A stretch of 64,000 nucleotides of DNA from Longimicrobiales bacterium (GTDB lineage: Bacteria > Gemmatimonadota > Gemmatimonadetes > Longimicrobiales > Gaopeijiaceae): contig OZ250165.1 of the NCBI GenBank assembly GCA_965238005.1, forward strand, positions 4,640,001 to 4,704,000. The letters run 5' to 3'. Position 1 is the first letter of the stretch; each line of letters opens with the position of its first letter. Positions 38,655 through 49,106 of the stretch are shown here, in pieces. The notes below the pieces were generated by a model. It did not search any database, was not told where the DNA came from, and was given only the letters and a program-made list of their open reading frames with translations. A program made the position numbers and the translations under genes.

Positions 38655-40994
38655 TCATGCGCCATCGGCCTCGCGAATGAGCTCGAAGAGCCGGTTGGGG
38701 CTCAGGGGCATCTCGCGGATCTCGAGACCCGGCAGCTTCAGCGCGTCTTCGATCGCCTGGGCGAACGCGGCGCCGGTGGGGATCGCCCCGGCCTCGCCGA
38801 CCCCTTTCACGCCCAGGGGATTCAGCGGCGACGAGGTGGTGACGTGATCCGTCTCGACGTTGGGCACGTCGGTGGCGGTCGGCAGCAGGTAGTCCATGAA
38901 CGACGCGTTCTGGAGCTGTCCGTGGTCGTCGAACACGAGCTGCTCGTAGAACGCGTTGCCAATGCCGTGCGCGACGCCGCCCTGGATCTGGCCTTCGACG
39001 ATCATGGGATTGATCACCGTGCCGCAGTCGTGCACGACCACGTAGCGCAGGATATCGACCATGGCCGTCTCGGGGTCCACCTCGACGATCATCGCGTGCA
39101 CGCCGTTGGCCGTGGTGCCCCGGTCGGGGCCGAAATAGGCCGTGGCCTCGAGCCCGGGTTCGGTGCCGGGCGTCACTGCGCCGCGCAGCGGGTTGGCGAT
39201 GACCGCCAGACCGCCCAGGTCGAAGCCCCGGTCCGGATCGCCGTGCACGAAGGCACGGCCCCCGGCCAGCTCCAGCGCGTCGGAGTCGACGCCCAGCTCG
39301 TCCGCGGCCAGCTCGAAGACCTTCTTGCGCACCGCCTGGGCCGCCGCGTGGCAGGCCCCGCCCGCCACGACGATGCCGCGGCTCGCGAATGTGCCCGTGC
39401 CCCATCCGAACTCGCGCGTATCGCCTGTCGTGACGAACACGTCCTCCACCTCCACGCCCAGCGCGTCCGAGACGATCTGGGCGAAGGCGGTGAAGTGCCC
39501 CTGCCCCTGGGTGCCGACACCGGTCGCCACGCGCACGGCTCCGCTCGGCTCGATCGTGACGCGCGCGCCCTCGTACGGGCCGATGCCGGTGCCCTCGACG
39601 TAGCTCACGACACCCAGGCCCAGGTGGCGGCCGGCCTCGCGGGCCCGCGCCTGTTCCTCGCCGAAACCGTCGTACCCGATCATCTCGGCCGCCCGCTCCA
39701 GCGCGGGCAGATAGTCGCCGCTGTCGTACACGAGGTCGGCTGAGTCCTGGAACGTGACCTTGTGGTTGTACGGGAAGGAACCCGGCTCCAGATAGTTCCT
39801 CTTCCGGATCTCGACGCGGTCGATACCCAGCTCGCGGGCCGCGATGTCGAGCATGCGCTCCATCACGAACACGCCATGCTGGCGGCCGGCGCCGCGCACC
39901 GGCGTGACAATCATCTTGTTGGTGAAGACCATCTTGAACTCGCCGTGGTAGTTCGGCACCTCGTACGGCCCCAGCAGGGTGCATTGGGTGTTGATCGGCA
40001 CCGTGAGGCCGTACGGGTTGTAGGCGCCCGTGTCGTGCAGGAACACGTTCTTCACCGCGACGAGCCGCCCGTCTTCGCCGAACGCGAACACCGCGTCGTG
40101 AACCTGCCCGCGCTCCTGCGTGCTGGCGTAGAAGCTCTCCTGGCGGTCCTCGATCCACTTGAGGGGCCGGCCCAGCCGCATCGCGGCCCACGGCAGCAGC
40201 ACCTCGTCGGGGTAGAACATCATGATCTTGGGCCCGAAGCCCCCGCCAACGAACGGCGCGACCACGCGCACCTGCGACTGGCGCAGGCCCAGCATGGCGG
40301 CGAGGCCGTTCCGGATGGGGATCGGCGCCTGCGTGGTATCCCACACGGTCAGCTCGCCCGCGCGCGCGTCCCACCGGGCCACGACGCCCCGGTTCTCCAT
40401 CGCGCCGGCCACGCCGCGGTCGCAGATAAAACGCCGCTCAATCACCAGGTGCGCGTCGGCCGCGGCTGCCTCGAAGTCGCCCTTCGTCTGCGCCACGTGC
40501 GCGGCCAGGTTCGTGCCGATCTGGTCGTGGATCACGGGCGCGTCGACCTCGAGCCCGGCCTCGAGGTCGACCACCACGTCCATCGGATCGATGTCCACCC
40601 ACACGTCTGCGATCGCGTCTTCGGCTATGTATCGGCTCTCGGCCACGATCATCGCGACCGGCTCGCCCGCGTAGCGCACCCGACCGCTGGCCAGGGGCCG
40701 GTTCGTGGCCTGGTTGAACACCAGGTCGTCGATGGGGGGCGGCCTCACGAGTAGTGGCCCCATGGCATTGTAGTCACCCAGGTCCTCGGCGGTGTACACG
40801 GCGACGACGCCCTCTCGAGCGCGCGCCACCGAGGCATCGATGCTCAAGATGCGCCCGTGCGCGAAGTCGCTGCGCACGAACGCGACGTGCAGCATATCGT
40901 CGAAGTGCACGTCGTCCACGAAGAGCGCGCTGCCCGTGAGCAGCGCGGCGTCCTCACTGCGGAGCACGCTCGCGCCGACGCGATCCTCAGCCAC
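38655..40994 (-). CDS. Molybdenum hydroxylase large (Moco) subunit, xanthine dehydrogenase family, CoxL form-II-like
   Basis: VGGGFGPK, active-site loop TPVRGAGR, QGQGHFT, GTFASR, GQIQGGVAHGIG, KGVGEAG. Confidence 0.93.
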   Translation of the reverse strand: MAEDRVGASVLRSEDAALLTGSALFVDDVHFDDMLHVAFVRSDFAHGRILSIDASVARAREGVVAVYTAEDLGDYNAMGPLLVRPPPIDDLVFNQATNRPLASGRVRYAGEPVAMIVAESRYIAEDAIADVWVDIDPMDVVVDLEAGLEVDAPVIHDQIGTNLAAHVAQTKGDFEAAAADAHLVIERRFICDRGVAGAMENRGVVARWDARAGELTVWDTTQAPIPIRNGLAAMLGLRQSQVRVVAPFVGGGFGPKIMMFYPDEVLLPWAAMRLGRPLKWIEDRQESFYASTQERGQVHDAVFAFGEDGRLVAVKNVFLHDTGAYNPYGLTVPINTQCTLLGPYEVPNYHGEFKMVFTNKMIVTPVRGAGRQHGVFVMERMLDIAARELGIDRVEIRKRNYLEPGSFPYNHKVTFQDSADLVYDSGDYLPALERAAEMIGYDGFGEEQARAREAGRHLGLGVVSYVEGTGIGPYEGARVTIEPSGAVRVATGVGTQGQGHFTAFAQIVSDALGVEVEDVFVTTGDTREFGWGTGTFASRGIVVAGGACHAAAQAVRKKVFELAADELGVDSDALELAGGRAFVHGDPDRGFDLGGLAVIANPLRGAVTPGTEPGLEATAYFGPDRGTTANGVHAMIVEVDPETAMVDILRYVVVHDCGTVINPMIVEGQIQGGVAHGIGNAFYEQLVFDDHGQLQNASFMDYLLPTATDVPNVETDHVTTSSPLNPLGVKGVGEAGAIPTGAAFAQAIEDALKLPGLEIREMPLSPNRLFELIREADGA

Positions 40995-41517
40995 CGTTTC
41001 GCTCCGCGACGTGGCGCACCGCGCGAACGATGTTCTCGTAGCCGGTGCAGCGGCACAGGTTGCCGGTAATGGCTTCGCGGATCTCGTGCTCGGTGGGGTC
41101 CGGGTTCTCCTCGAGGAACGGGATCAGCGTCATCAACATGCCGGGTGTGCAGAAGCCGCACTGAAGCCCGTGCTTCTCGTGGAAGGCGGTCTGAAGGGGG
41201 TGGAGCGCGGGGGCCGCGGGGGTCGCGGGGGTCGTGTGCGTACCGGACGCGGTCTGGCCATCCGCCGCGGCCGCGCCCGCCCCCGCCAGCCCCTCCACGG
41301 TCGTCAGCGCCTGCCCGTGCGCCTGCACCGCCAGCACCAGGCACGACCGGATCGCCTCGCCGTTCATCAGGACCGTGCAGGCCCCGCACACGCCGTGCTC
41401 GCAGCCGACGCGCGTTCCGGTGAGGTCCAGGGAGTGGCGAAGGAAGTCGCTCAACAGCAGGCGCGGCTCGACGTCGCGCTCGTACTCGGTGCCGTTGACC
41501 GTGAGCTGGATTCGCAT
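40987..41517 (-). CDS. Molybdenum hydroxylase 2x[2Fe-2S] subunit (CoxS-like)
   Basis: [31 protein letters not shown]. Confidence 0.95.
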   Translation of the reverse strand: MRIQLTVNGTEYERDVEPRLLLSDFLRHSLDLTGTRVGCEHGVCGACTVLMNGEAIRSCLVLAVQAHGQALTTVEGLAGAGAAAADGQTASGTHTTPATPAAPALHPLQTAFHEKHGLQCGFCTPGMLMTLIPFLEENPDPTEHEIREAITGNLCRCTGYENIVRAVRHVAERNGG

Positions 41518-41689
41518 AGGCGACTGAGGTTAGGCGGCGTTTCGGCAGACAGCAAGGCGGTCGGGGCCGTTACCGTGCGCGCCATCCGTCCTTGCGATCC
41601 CACACGCACGATACCGATGATGGGGCTCCGTCCCCGTCGCCCCGGAGCGCCCTTGAGCCGCCAGCCGATCCACTACGACTTCGACGACC

Positions 41690-42029
41690 GCCCGAGGTTG
41701 GCGCGCTCTTCGCCACCCTTCCCGCCCCGGTCATCGGCGGAGGCGGCCTGATCATGTTCGCGATGATCTTCGCGAGCGGCATGGCCATCGTGCGCCGCGG
41801 CCCGGACTTCGATCAGCGTGACATGGTCATCGTGGCCGTCGCGCTGGGGCTGGGGCTGGGAGCCGAGCTGAGGCCCTCGGCACTTCAGCACTTACCGGAA
41901 GCCGTGCGCACGCTGTTCGGGTCGGGCCTCATCACGGGGGGGCTGACCGCGCTCGTCCTGAACCTGGTTCTGCCCGGCGCGGTCTCCGTCGAACCCGCCT
42001 CGGATCCGGGCGAGGAACCTAGCGGGTGA
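41690..42029 (+). pseudogene. C-terminal fragment of an NCS2 (xanthine/uracil) permease
   Basis: GALFATLPAPVIGGGGLIMFAMIFASG...IVAVALGLGLG...SGLITGGLTALVLNLVLP; most of the 5' part is absent. Confidence 0.8.
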
Positions 42030-43246
42030 GCGCCGTGACGGAGCGACTCCGCGTCGGTGTCATCGGAGCCGGGCGGTGGGCGAAGACCGCGCATCTCCCG
42101 GGATTTCGTCGCTCGCCCCTGTGCGAGCTCGTGACAATCTGCGACCTGGACCGTGACCTGGCCGAAGCCACGGCTGCCGAATTCGACATCCCCGACGTGG
42201 TGACGGACTACGAGAAGGTCCTCTCGAGGAACGACCTCGACCTGGTGGACATCGTCACCCGTGGCGATCACCAGGATCTGGTCTTCGCCACCCTGAAGGC
42301 TGGGAAGCACTGCCTCGTCGAGAAGCCCGTGTGTCACGACTACGCGGACGTGTGGCGAGCGCACGAGCTAGCGGAGTCGAAGGGGCTCAAGACCAAGGTC
42401 GGCCTGACCTTCCGCTACGCCCCTGCCGTCATGTACATGTTCGACCTGATCCGTGACGGCTTCGTGGGCCACCCCTTCGTCTTCAACGGGTACGAGCAGA
42501 ACTCCCAGTGGCTGGATCCCGACAACCCCGTGGACAAACGGATCCACAAGACCAGGCCGGAGGGGGAGCCGCCGTGGGGCGAGGACCTGAGTCGCGAGGG
42601 AATCACGGTGTCCGCGCTGGAGGGCTACGGCGCGCCCACCATCGACATCGGCCTGGAGTGCGTCGGAAGCGACCTGACCAGCGTGGTGGGGGTGCTCGCC
42701 AACATGGTCCCCTATCGGCGCCGGACCAACCTCGACACCGAGCGTGAGCGCGTCAACATCGACGACGCCGACATGTTCATGGGAGAGGCGGCCAACGGCG
42801 CCCTTTTCTCCATGCAGTCGAGCTACGTCACCGTGGGCAACTACCCGGGCATCGAGGCGCGGATCTTCGGCTCCGGCGCAGCCATTCAGGTGCGCCTCGT
42901 GGAGGAGTTCGGAGTGATCCAGACCATGCACACGGCCAAGCCCGACGCTGTGGAGTTCGTGCAGCAGGAGATCCCCGAGCGCTACTTTCCACCGGGCTCT
43001 CAAGACGACGATCACTGGGGGACCGCCTTCTACGGGAATCTGGTCCACAACTTCTGCCAAGAGATCGTGGACGGGGGTGACGCCAACCAGGGCAACTTCG
43101 CCCGGAGCGCCCGCGTCCAGGAGATCATCAACGCCGTGACCCTGTCCCATCGCACGCGCGGGTGGGTGAGTCTCCCGTTGGAAGGCGGCGGGAAGGACGG
43201 GAGCGTCGAGGCCGACGGAGTCGGCCAGGGAGATCCTCGCCCATGA
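42026..43246 (+). CDS. Gfo/Idh/MocA family oxidoreductase
   Basis: RVGVIGAGRWA..AHLPG, HCLVEKPV. Confidence 0.9.
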   Translation: MSAVTERLRVGVIGAGRWAKTAHLPGFRRSPLCELVTICDLDRDLAEATAAEFDIPDVVTDYEKVLSRNDLDLVDIVTRGDHQDLVFATLKAGKHCLVEKPVCHDYADVWRAHELAESKGLKTKVGLTFRYAPAVMYMFDLIRDGFVGHPFVFNGYEQNSQWLDPDNPVDKRIHKTRPEGEPPWGEDLSREGITVSALEGYGAPTIDIGLECVGSDLTSVVGVLANMVPYRRRTNLDTERERVNIDDADMFMGEAANGALFSMQSSYVTVGNYPGIEARIFGSGAAIQVRLVEEFGVIQTMHTAKPDAVEFVQQEIPERYFPPGSQDDDHWGTAFYGNLVHNFCQEIVDGGDANQGNFARSARVQEIINAVTLSHRTRGWVSLPLEGGGKDGSVEADGVGQGDPRP

Positions 43247-43301
43247 ACGGAAGACCGAGAGCGCTGCCGCCGAGCGCCCCATTACGCGAGGGGAGTGCAC
43301 C

Positions 43302-44303
43302 ATGACGGAGAGCAAGCTCCGCTGGGGTGTCATCAGCACGTCCAACATCGGACGGGCCGCGGTGAACCCGGCCATCCAGGCTTCCCGGAACGGCGAGCTC
43401 TTGGCCGTGGCCAGTCGCGAGGAGGTGCGGGCCCGCGAGTTCGCCGAGAAGTGGGAGATTCCCGGGCACTACGGGAGCTACGACGCCCTACTGGACGACG
43501 CCTCGCTCGACGCCGTCTACATTCCGCTGCCGAACAGCATGCACCGCGAGTGGACGATCCGGACCGCCGAAAAGGGTAAGCACATCCTCTGCGAAAAGCC
43601 GCTGGCATTGAGCGCGGCCGAGTGCCGGGAGATGGAGGCATCCGCCGAAGCCAACGGGGTGAAGCTCATGGAAGCCTTCATGTACCGCTTCCATCCCAGG
43701 ACGGAGAGGGTCGTGGAGATGGTACGGGCCGGGGTCGTGGGCGACCTGAAGGTGATCACAAGTGCCTTCACGTTCCGGCTCAAGAACCCCGACAACATCC
43801 GGCTCAAGCCCGAGCTGGGCGGCGGCTCGTTGATGGACGTGGGCTGCTACTGCGTGAACGTCAGCCGGACGATCGCCGGTGCCGAGCCCGTGGAGGTGCA
43901 GGCGGTGGCCCATCAGGGATCGAGCGGCGTCGACGAGCAGATGGTCGGCACGCTCCGCTTCGAGGACGGCCTGCTGGCGCAGTTCGACTGCGCCCTGACC
44001 ATGGAGCGGCGGGAGTCCTGTCTGGTGGCCGGAGCCGACGCCTACCTGACGGTGCCTGCGGCCTTCCTGCCCGGAACCGACGACGTGGTCATCCGGGAGC
44101 ATCGGAGCCGGGGTGAGATGACCGAGCACACGGTGGCGGGCGACGACGAGTACCGCCTTATGGTGGAGCATTTCGCCGACTGCGTCCTGAACGACCGTCC
44201 CCTGCGCTACACGGCCGAGGAGGCGGCACGCAACATGAGCGTCATCGCGGCGCTCTACGAGTCGGCCCGGAGGGGTGGCGCGGTCGTGGAGGTTCAGAGG
44301 TAG
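43302..44303 (+). CDS. Gfo/Idh/MocA family oxidoreductase (xylose dehydrogenase-like)
   Basis: WGVISTSNIG, YIPLPNSMH, HILCEKPL, EAFMYRFHP, GGSLMDVGCY. Confidence 0.92.
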   Translation: MTESKLRWGVISTSNIGRAAVNPAIQASRNGELLAVASREEVRAREFAEKWEIPGHYGSYDALLDDASLDAVYIPLPNSMHREWTIRTAEKGKHILCEKPLALSAAECREMEASAEANGVKLMEAFMYRFHPRTERVVEMVRAGVVGDLKVITSAFTFRLKNPDNIRLKPELGGGSLMDVGCYCVNVSRTIAGAEPVEVQAVAHQGSSGVDEQMVGTLRFEDGLLAQFDCALTMERRESCLVAGADAYLTVPAAFLPGTDDVVIREHRSRGEMTEHTVAGDDEYRLMVEHFADCVLNDRPLRYTAEEAARNMSVIAALYESARRGGAVVEVQR

Positions 44304-44339
44304 ATCCCCCCCCCGCTATCTTGCCTGTGGAGGCGCAAC

Positions 44340-45209
44340 ATGTGTCGATTCACGCTGTACCTCGGTCCCCCCATCCGGCTCGCCTCCCTGCTGACCGAGC
44401 CGGAGCACTCCTTGATTCGCCAGAGCGCGCACGCCCGCGAGCGGGAGCCCCTCAACGGCGACGGCTTCGGCGTCGGTTGGTACATCTCGGACGACGGCGA
44501 GGAGCCGGCGGTGTTGCGATCGGTCCGGCCCGCGTGGAACAACCGCAATGTGGCAAATCTCGCTCGGGCCATCTCCTCGCCGTGCATCCTGGCCCACGTG
44601 CGGGCGGCCACGTCCGGCATCTCTGTGAACGAGGCCAACTGTCACCCGTTCCAGTTCGGGCGTTACCTCCTGATGCACAACGGGCTCCTCGGCGCGTTCC
44701 GGCAGATACGGCGCCCCCTCATGGAGTCGGTGGGCGATACGGCCTACGCCAACGTGTTCGGCAGCACCGACACGGAGCACTTCTTCGCCGTGTTCATAGA
44801 CGAGCTCCTGAAGCGCTCCGAAGAGGACCCCTCTCTCCTTCTGGCCCGATCCCTGGCGGCGGCCATCACCCGGGTGCTCGAGCTGGTGCGGGTGCATGCG
44901 AACGGCGCCGCGAGCAAGCTGAACGTGGCGGTTTCCGACGGACGAGAGGCCGTGATTTCGAGGTACATGGAGGGTGGCTCCGATCCGCCGACCCTGTACT
45001 ACATCCAGCGCGAGCTCTACGAGCCTGCGGCCAAGGACTCGCCGGGGCGGCGGCGCTACGAGCGCTCCGGGTCCGTGGTGGTCTCGTCGGAGCGCCTCAC
45101 CGACGATCCCGAGTGGACGATGGTGCCGGCCAACCATCTCGTGGCTCTCAGCCGTGAGGCGCCCCAGCGACTCTTCAGCCTCGAGCAGGGCGAGGTGGTA
45201 GAAGTCTGA
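44340..45209 (+). CDS. Class II glutamine amidotransferase (EgtC/Dug3-like)
   Basis: N-terminal MCR, NGDGFGVGWY, LAHVRAAT, NCHPF, MHNG, GSTDTE. Confidence 0.92.
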   Translation: MCRFTLYLGPPIRLASLLTEPEHSLIRQSAHAREREPLNGDGFGVGWYISDDGEEPAVLRSVRPAWNNRNVANLARAISSPCILAHVRAATSGISVNEANCHPFQFGRYLLMHNGLLGAFRQIRRPLMESVGDTAYANVFGSTDTEHFFAVFIDELLKRSEEDPSLLLARSLAAAITRVLELVRVHANGAASKLNVAVSDGREAVISRYMEGGSDPPTLYYIQRELYEPAAKDSPGRRRYERSGSVVVSSERLTDDPEWTMVPANHLVALSREAPQRLFSLEQGEVVEV

Positions 45210-45267
45210 ACCGCGGCCCTCCTCAAGGAGGGGAGGTGCCCTTCCGTGCCTTGATTGGGGGGTACTC

Positions 45268-45460
45268 GATGGACACGCTCGTTCAGGACCTGAAATACGT
45301 ACTCCGAACGCTCGGCCGGCACCCGGGCTTCACCGTCGCGGTACTCCCTGGGAATCGGCTTGGCCTACGTCGCGGTAGCGGCCATGGAGAGATGGCGGAG
45401 AAGTTCTGGCCGGGACAGGACCCCATCGGCAAGCGGGTCACCATGGAGTGGGAGCAGTCG
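45268..45460 (+). pseudogene. ADOP-type ABC permease remnant
   Basis: MDTLVQDLKYVLRTLGRHPGFTVAVL followed shortly by the internal motif MAEKFWPGQDPIGKRV. Confidence 0.75.
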
Positions 45461-45461
45461 G

Positions 45462-45568
45462 TAGGCCACGGTGGCACGCTCGCTGGCTCTCGGCTGAGCG
45501 GTGAGCGTGGTGGGAAGGAGGATGGCCAGGAAAGCGACTGCGAACAAGAAATCTCGCTCGGGGGTCAT
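45462..45568 (-). pseudogene. N-terminal stub of an exported protein (DUF2911-like)
   Basis: Signal peptide then AQPRASERATVA, cut off where it meets the convergent permease remnant. Confidence 0.5.
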
Positions 45569-45623
45569 GCCGAAGAATTCTCCGCGATAAAGGATGAACG
45601 GCTCGGAGGGAATACGCTACCGC

Positions 45624-46628
45624 CTATTTCTCCCGCTGGAAGGCCTCGTCGAAGGCCGTCTCCGACGACGGATAATCCAGATCTCGCACGTAGCGACACG
45701 CCTCGGCGGCACCGTGCTCCCGTTCCATTCCCGCGTCCTCCCACTCTACGGAGAGAGGGCCCCGGTACCCCACGCGGTTGAGCGCGCGGATAACCTCCTC
45801 GAAGGGTACGCGACCGCGACCCAGAGAGCGGAAATTCCAGAAGCGATCCTGGTGGCCGAACGGCAGATGGCCGCCGAACACACCCGCTGGCGTGGGGGTC
45901 GAGGACCACCAGACGTCCTTCATGTGGGCGTGGAGGATGCGGGACTCGAAACGGTCGATGAACGCGACGCAGTCCACCCCTTGGTAGGCGAGGTGCGAGG
46001 GGTCGTAGTTGAACCCGAAGGCCTCGCGGTACCCCACAGCCTCCAGTGCCCGCTCCGCGGTGACGATGTCGAAGGCGATCTCCGTGGGGTGCACCTCCAG
46101 AGCGAATCGCACGCCCACCTCGTCGAACACGTCCAGAATGGGATTCCACAGCTCTGCGAACTCCTGGAAACCGTGCTCGATCGTCGCGGGGCTCACGGGT
46201 GGGAATGCGTAGAGGAGTGGCCAGATGGGACTCCCGGTGAAGCCGTTCACCACCTCGAGGCCCATGTTGGCCGCCGCCCGGGCCGTCCGCCTCATCTCTT
46301 CCGCCGCACGGGAGCGTACGCCGTCCGGATCGCCGTCCCCCCAAACGTGAGGGGGCAGGATGTCCCGGTGGCGCTGGTCCACCACGTCCGCCACGGCCTG
46401 GCCAACCAGGTGGTTGCTGATGGCCCACACCCCGAGGCCGTGCGCCTCGAGCATCTCCCGGCGCTCCCGGCAGTACGTGGGATCGTCCACCCCACGCGTC
46501 ACGTCGAAGTGGTCGCCCCAGCAGGCCAGCTCCAGGCCGTCGTACCCCCACTCGGCCGCCTTGCGGCAGAGGTCTTCCAGGGGAAGGTCGGCCCACTGTC
46601 CGGTGAAGAGGGTTACCGGTCGCGTCAT
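45624..46628 (-). CDS. Sugar phosphate isomerase/epimerase (xylose isomerase-like TIM barrel)
   Basis: [59 protein letters not shown]. Confidence 0.93.
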   Translation of the reverse strand: MTRPVTLFTGQWADLPLEDLCRKAAEWGYDGLELACWGDHFDVTRGVDDPTYCRERREMLEAHGLGVWAISNHLVGQAVADVVDQRHRDILPPHVWGDGDPDGVRSRAAEEMRRTARAAANMGLEVVNGFTGSPIWPLLYAFPPVSPATIEHGFQEFAELWNPILDVFDEVGVRFALEVHPTEIAFDIVTAERALEAVGYREAFGFNYDPSHLAYQGVDCVAFIDRFESRILHAHMKDVWWSSTPTPAGVFGGHLPFGHQDRFWNFRSLGRGRVPFEEVIRALNRVGYRGPLSVEWEDAGMEREHGAAEACRYVRDLDYPSSETAFDEAFQREK

Positions 46629-46743
46629 CCCGTGCCTCGGATCCGAGTAGTCAAGCGGCCGGACCAGCGGCTGGCCCGCGGTGGGCTGAGCCTCGGATCG
46701 TGCCTTGCTGGGCCGGTGGGCCTCCACATGCTGGCGACTCAGG

Positions 46744-47907
46744 CTATCCAGGGGGCTCGTAGGAGCCCGAGACCCACGAGCCCCGGCGGCGGCTCTCCAC
46801 GGCCGCCTCGATGAAGTGAACGCCCCGGGCCCCGTCCTGGACTGTGGGGAAGTCGTCGTCGAAGGGGCCGGGCTCGGCAGCCCCCTTCCTGACGCGCAGG
46901 GTGCGGGCGACGTTCCGGTAGAGATTCGCGAACGCCTCGATGAAGCCCTCCGGATGTCCCCCGGGGAGCCGCGTGTGTGCCTGGGTCCGCTCCGCGAGGT
47001 CCGAGCCACCGGCGTGGAGCACCCGCTCCGCTCCATCCGCAGCCATCAGCCGGAGACGGTCCGGAGACTCCTGATCCCAGTCCAATCCTCCCTCGGTGCC
47101 GTAAACCCGGAGGCGGAGGTGATTACGCTCGCCCACGGAGATCTGCGAGGCAAAGAGGATACCCCTCGCGCCACCCACGAAGTGGAGGAGCAGCGTGGCA
47201 TCGTCCTCCAGGGCCCGGCCCGATACCAGGGTCCCGAGGTCGGCAAAGAGGCTCTCCACCTCGAGCCCCGTGACGTACCGGGTCAGGTTGTGGGCATGGG
47301 ACCCGAGGTCCCCCAGAGCCGAGGAGATGCCGGCCCGGGACGGATCGAGCCTCCACTCGGCCTGCTTGTGCCCCTCCGCCTCCAGGAGGGCGGCGAGCCA
47401 CCCCTGGGAGTACTCCACGACCACTTTGCGAACCGGCCCCAGAGAGCCTGAGCGCACCCGCTCACGGGCCTCCTTCACCATGGGGTAACCCGTGTAGTTG
47501 TGCGTCACCACGAAGATACGATCCCCCTCGGCAGCCATCCGGCACAGGGTCTCGGCATCCTCCAGTGTGGTGGTGAGAGGCTTGTCGCACACCACGTGGA
47601 AGCCGGCGTCCAGGAATGCATGGGCCACCGGAAAGTGGAGGTGGTTGGGGGTCACGATAGAGACGATCTCGATGCGATCGTCGGCGGGAAGGGCGGCCTC
47701 GGCCCCCGCCATCTCGTCGTACGAGGCGTACGTGCGCGCGGGATCAAGGCCGAGCTCGCCACCAGCCCGTCGCGAGCGCTCCTCGTCAGACGAGAACGCC
47801 CCCGCAACCAGAGTGAACTGGCCGTCGAGGGCCGCCGCCATCCGGTGGACGGGCCCGATGAAGGCGTCGGGGCCGCCGCCCACCATGCCGTACCGGATGG
47901 CCGTCAC
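46744..47907 (-). CDS. Gfo/Idh/MocA family oxidoreductase
   Basis: [51 protein letters not shown]. Confidence 0.93.
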   Translation of the reverse strand: MTAIRYGMVGGGPDAFIGPVHRMAAALDGQFTLVAGAFSSDEERSRRAGGELGLDPARTYASYDEMAGAEAALPADDRIEIVSIVTPNHLHFPVAHAFLDAGFHVVCDKPLTTTLEDAETLCRMAAEGDRIFVVTHNYTGYPMVKEARERVRSGSLGPVRKVVVEYSQGWLAALLEAEGHKQAEWRLDPSRAGISSALGDLGSHAHNLTRYVTGLEVESLFADLGTLVSGRALEDDATLLLHFVGGARGILFASQISVGERNHLRLRVYGTEGGLDWDQESPDRLRLMAADGAERVLHAGGSDLAERTQAHTRLPGGHPEGFIEAFANLYRNVARTLRVRKGAAEPGPFDDDFPTVQDGARGVHFIEAAVESRRRGSWVSGSYEPPG

Positions 47908-48411
47908 GCCCCGATCCGTTCCACGACGTATCCGCCGGCACGGCGGTCCCACGCGTACAGTGTCCCGAAGATCAGCATGAGCACGCCACACAGGGGCACC
48001 ACGTACCGGAAGGAGATGCGACCGCCGTAGTTGTCGGCCGGCCCCAGTACCGACTGGGCCTCACCCACCAGCTCGGGAGACGCGTCCGAGGCGATGATGG
48101 CGCGGAGCGCATTGGCGGTCGCCGGCCACGATCATGATCAGGGTGCCGGCCAGGCGCCCCAGGAACGAGAGCCGGAGCAGGGAGCGCATCCCCAGCGTGT
48201 CACACAGAGGCGCAAAGACCAGCTGTGACACGGCGAATCCCCAGAGGGCCGCTCCGCCGATCCACCCCACCTCCTGGTTGGTCAGCAGGAACTCCCTATT
48301 GAGAGCGACCATGATGCCGCCCACCGTGGCGAAGGCCACCGACGTGGCGACGAGGGCCACGCAGCTCCCGACGAATAGCCTCCGGTCGCGGACGGAAGGA
48401 GAGTCGGTCAT
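47904..48411 (-). pseudogene. MFS sugar transporter, internally deleted
   Basis: N-terminal RRLFVGSCVALVATSVAF...PLCDTLG joined out of frame near 48120 to the C-terminal GGRISFRYV...DRRAGGY; most TM helices are absent. Confidence 0.8.
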
Positions 48412-48413
48412 GA

Positions 48414-49106
48414 TCAAGCCAATCCCAGATATTCCAGGACCTCGGGAGGCGGTGGATCCCACCGCTCCAAAGGTACGTTGCCGATGTATTGGAGGTCCTG
48501 CATCCCCTCCTCGGTGGTCCAGAACGCCCCGGCCGTGAGGTCACGGACCCGGGCAAAGAAGCGAGCGCCGGCCTCGAATCCGGCCGCCGCATCCGGTACG
48601 TAGGCGATATCGGCGCAGATCTCGTCCTTGCGCTCGGGACTCAGATCCCGGAAGCGTGTGCCTTGGCCGAAGCGGCGGCCCGCCTCCACGTCGAGCCACA
48701 CGAGCCCTCCCCGGATGAGAACCTGGTCGCGGCGCATGCCCTCGTAGGGAGCGCTCACCCACTCGTCGATGTAGTGGTGAGCGCCCAACTGACTCGCCGA
48801 ACGGGAGCTCTCGTCGGCGGGAATGATCACGTCGCAGAGCGAAGCGAGCGTGTCCAGCTCGTCTTGTGTGAGGACGCGCTCCCAGGGGATGACGACAGAC
48901 AAGAGATCCGGATCGGTAGGCGTACCGGCCGCGAGGGTGTTGCGGATCGGCTCCGACCCACCGGGCCCGTCCTGCGCCCCAGTACCACACGACGCTAGAC
49001 CGGGAGTCGCCGCGGCCACGGCCATGACTTTCAGGGCCATCCGCCGGTCCATGGGGAGGAGTACGGGGAGGGTCTTCTCGCTGGTCTCCCGCCGTTTCTT
49101 GCTCAT
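48414..49106 (-). CDS. Gluconate 2-dehydrogenase subunit 3 family protein (Tat-exported partner of the GMC oxidoreductase)
   Basis: MDRRMALK Tat motif; LCDVIIPAD, FFARVRDLTAGAFWTTEEG..DLQYIGN. Confidence 0.88.
   Translation of the reverse strand: MSKKRRETSEKTLPVLLPMDRRMALKVMAVAAATPGLASCGTGAQDGPGGSEPIRNTLAAGTPTDPDLLSVVIPWERVLTQDELDTLASLCDVIIPADESSRSASQLGAHHYIDEWVSAPYEGMRRDQVLIRGGLVWLDVEAGRRFGQGTRFRDLSPERKDEICADIAYVPDAAAGFEAGARFFARVRDLTAGAFWTTEEGMQDLQYIGNVPLERWDPPPPEVLEYLGLA

Noticed and set aside
38655..40994. Aerobic CO dehydrogenase (form I CoxL)
   Set aside because: The active-site loop is PVRGAGR, not AYxCSFR; gene order is S-L-M and no cox accessory genes are present.
44340..45209. Ergothioneine biosynthesis (egtC)
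   Set aside because: No egtA, egtB or egtD nearby; only the family-level call is supported.
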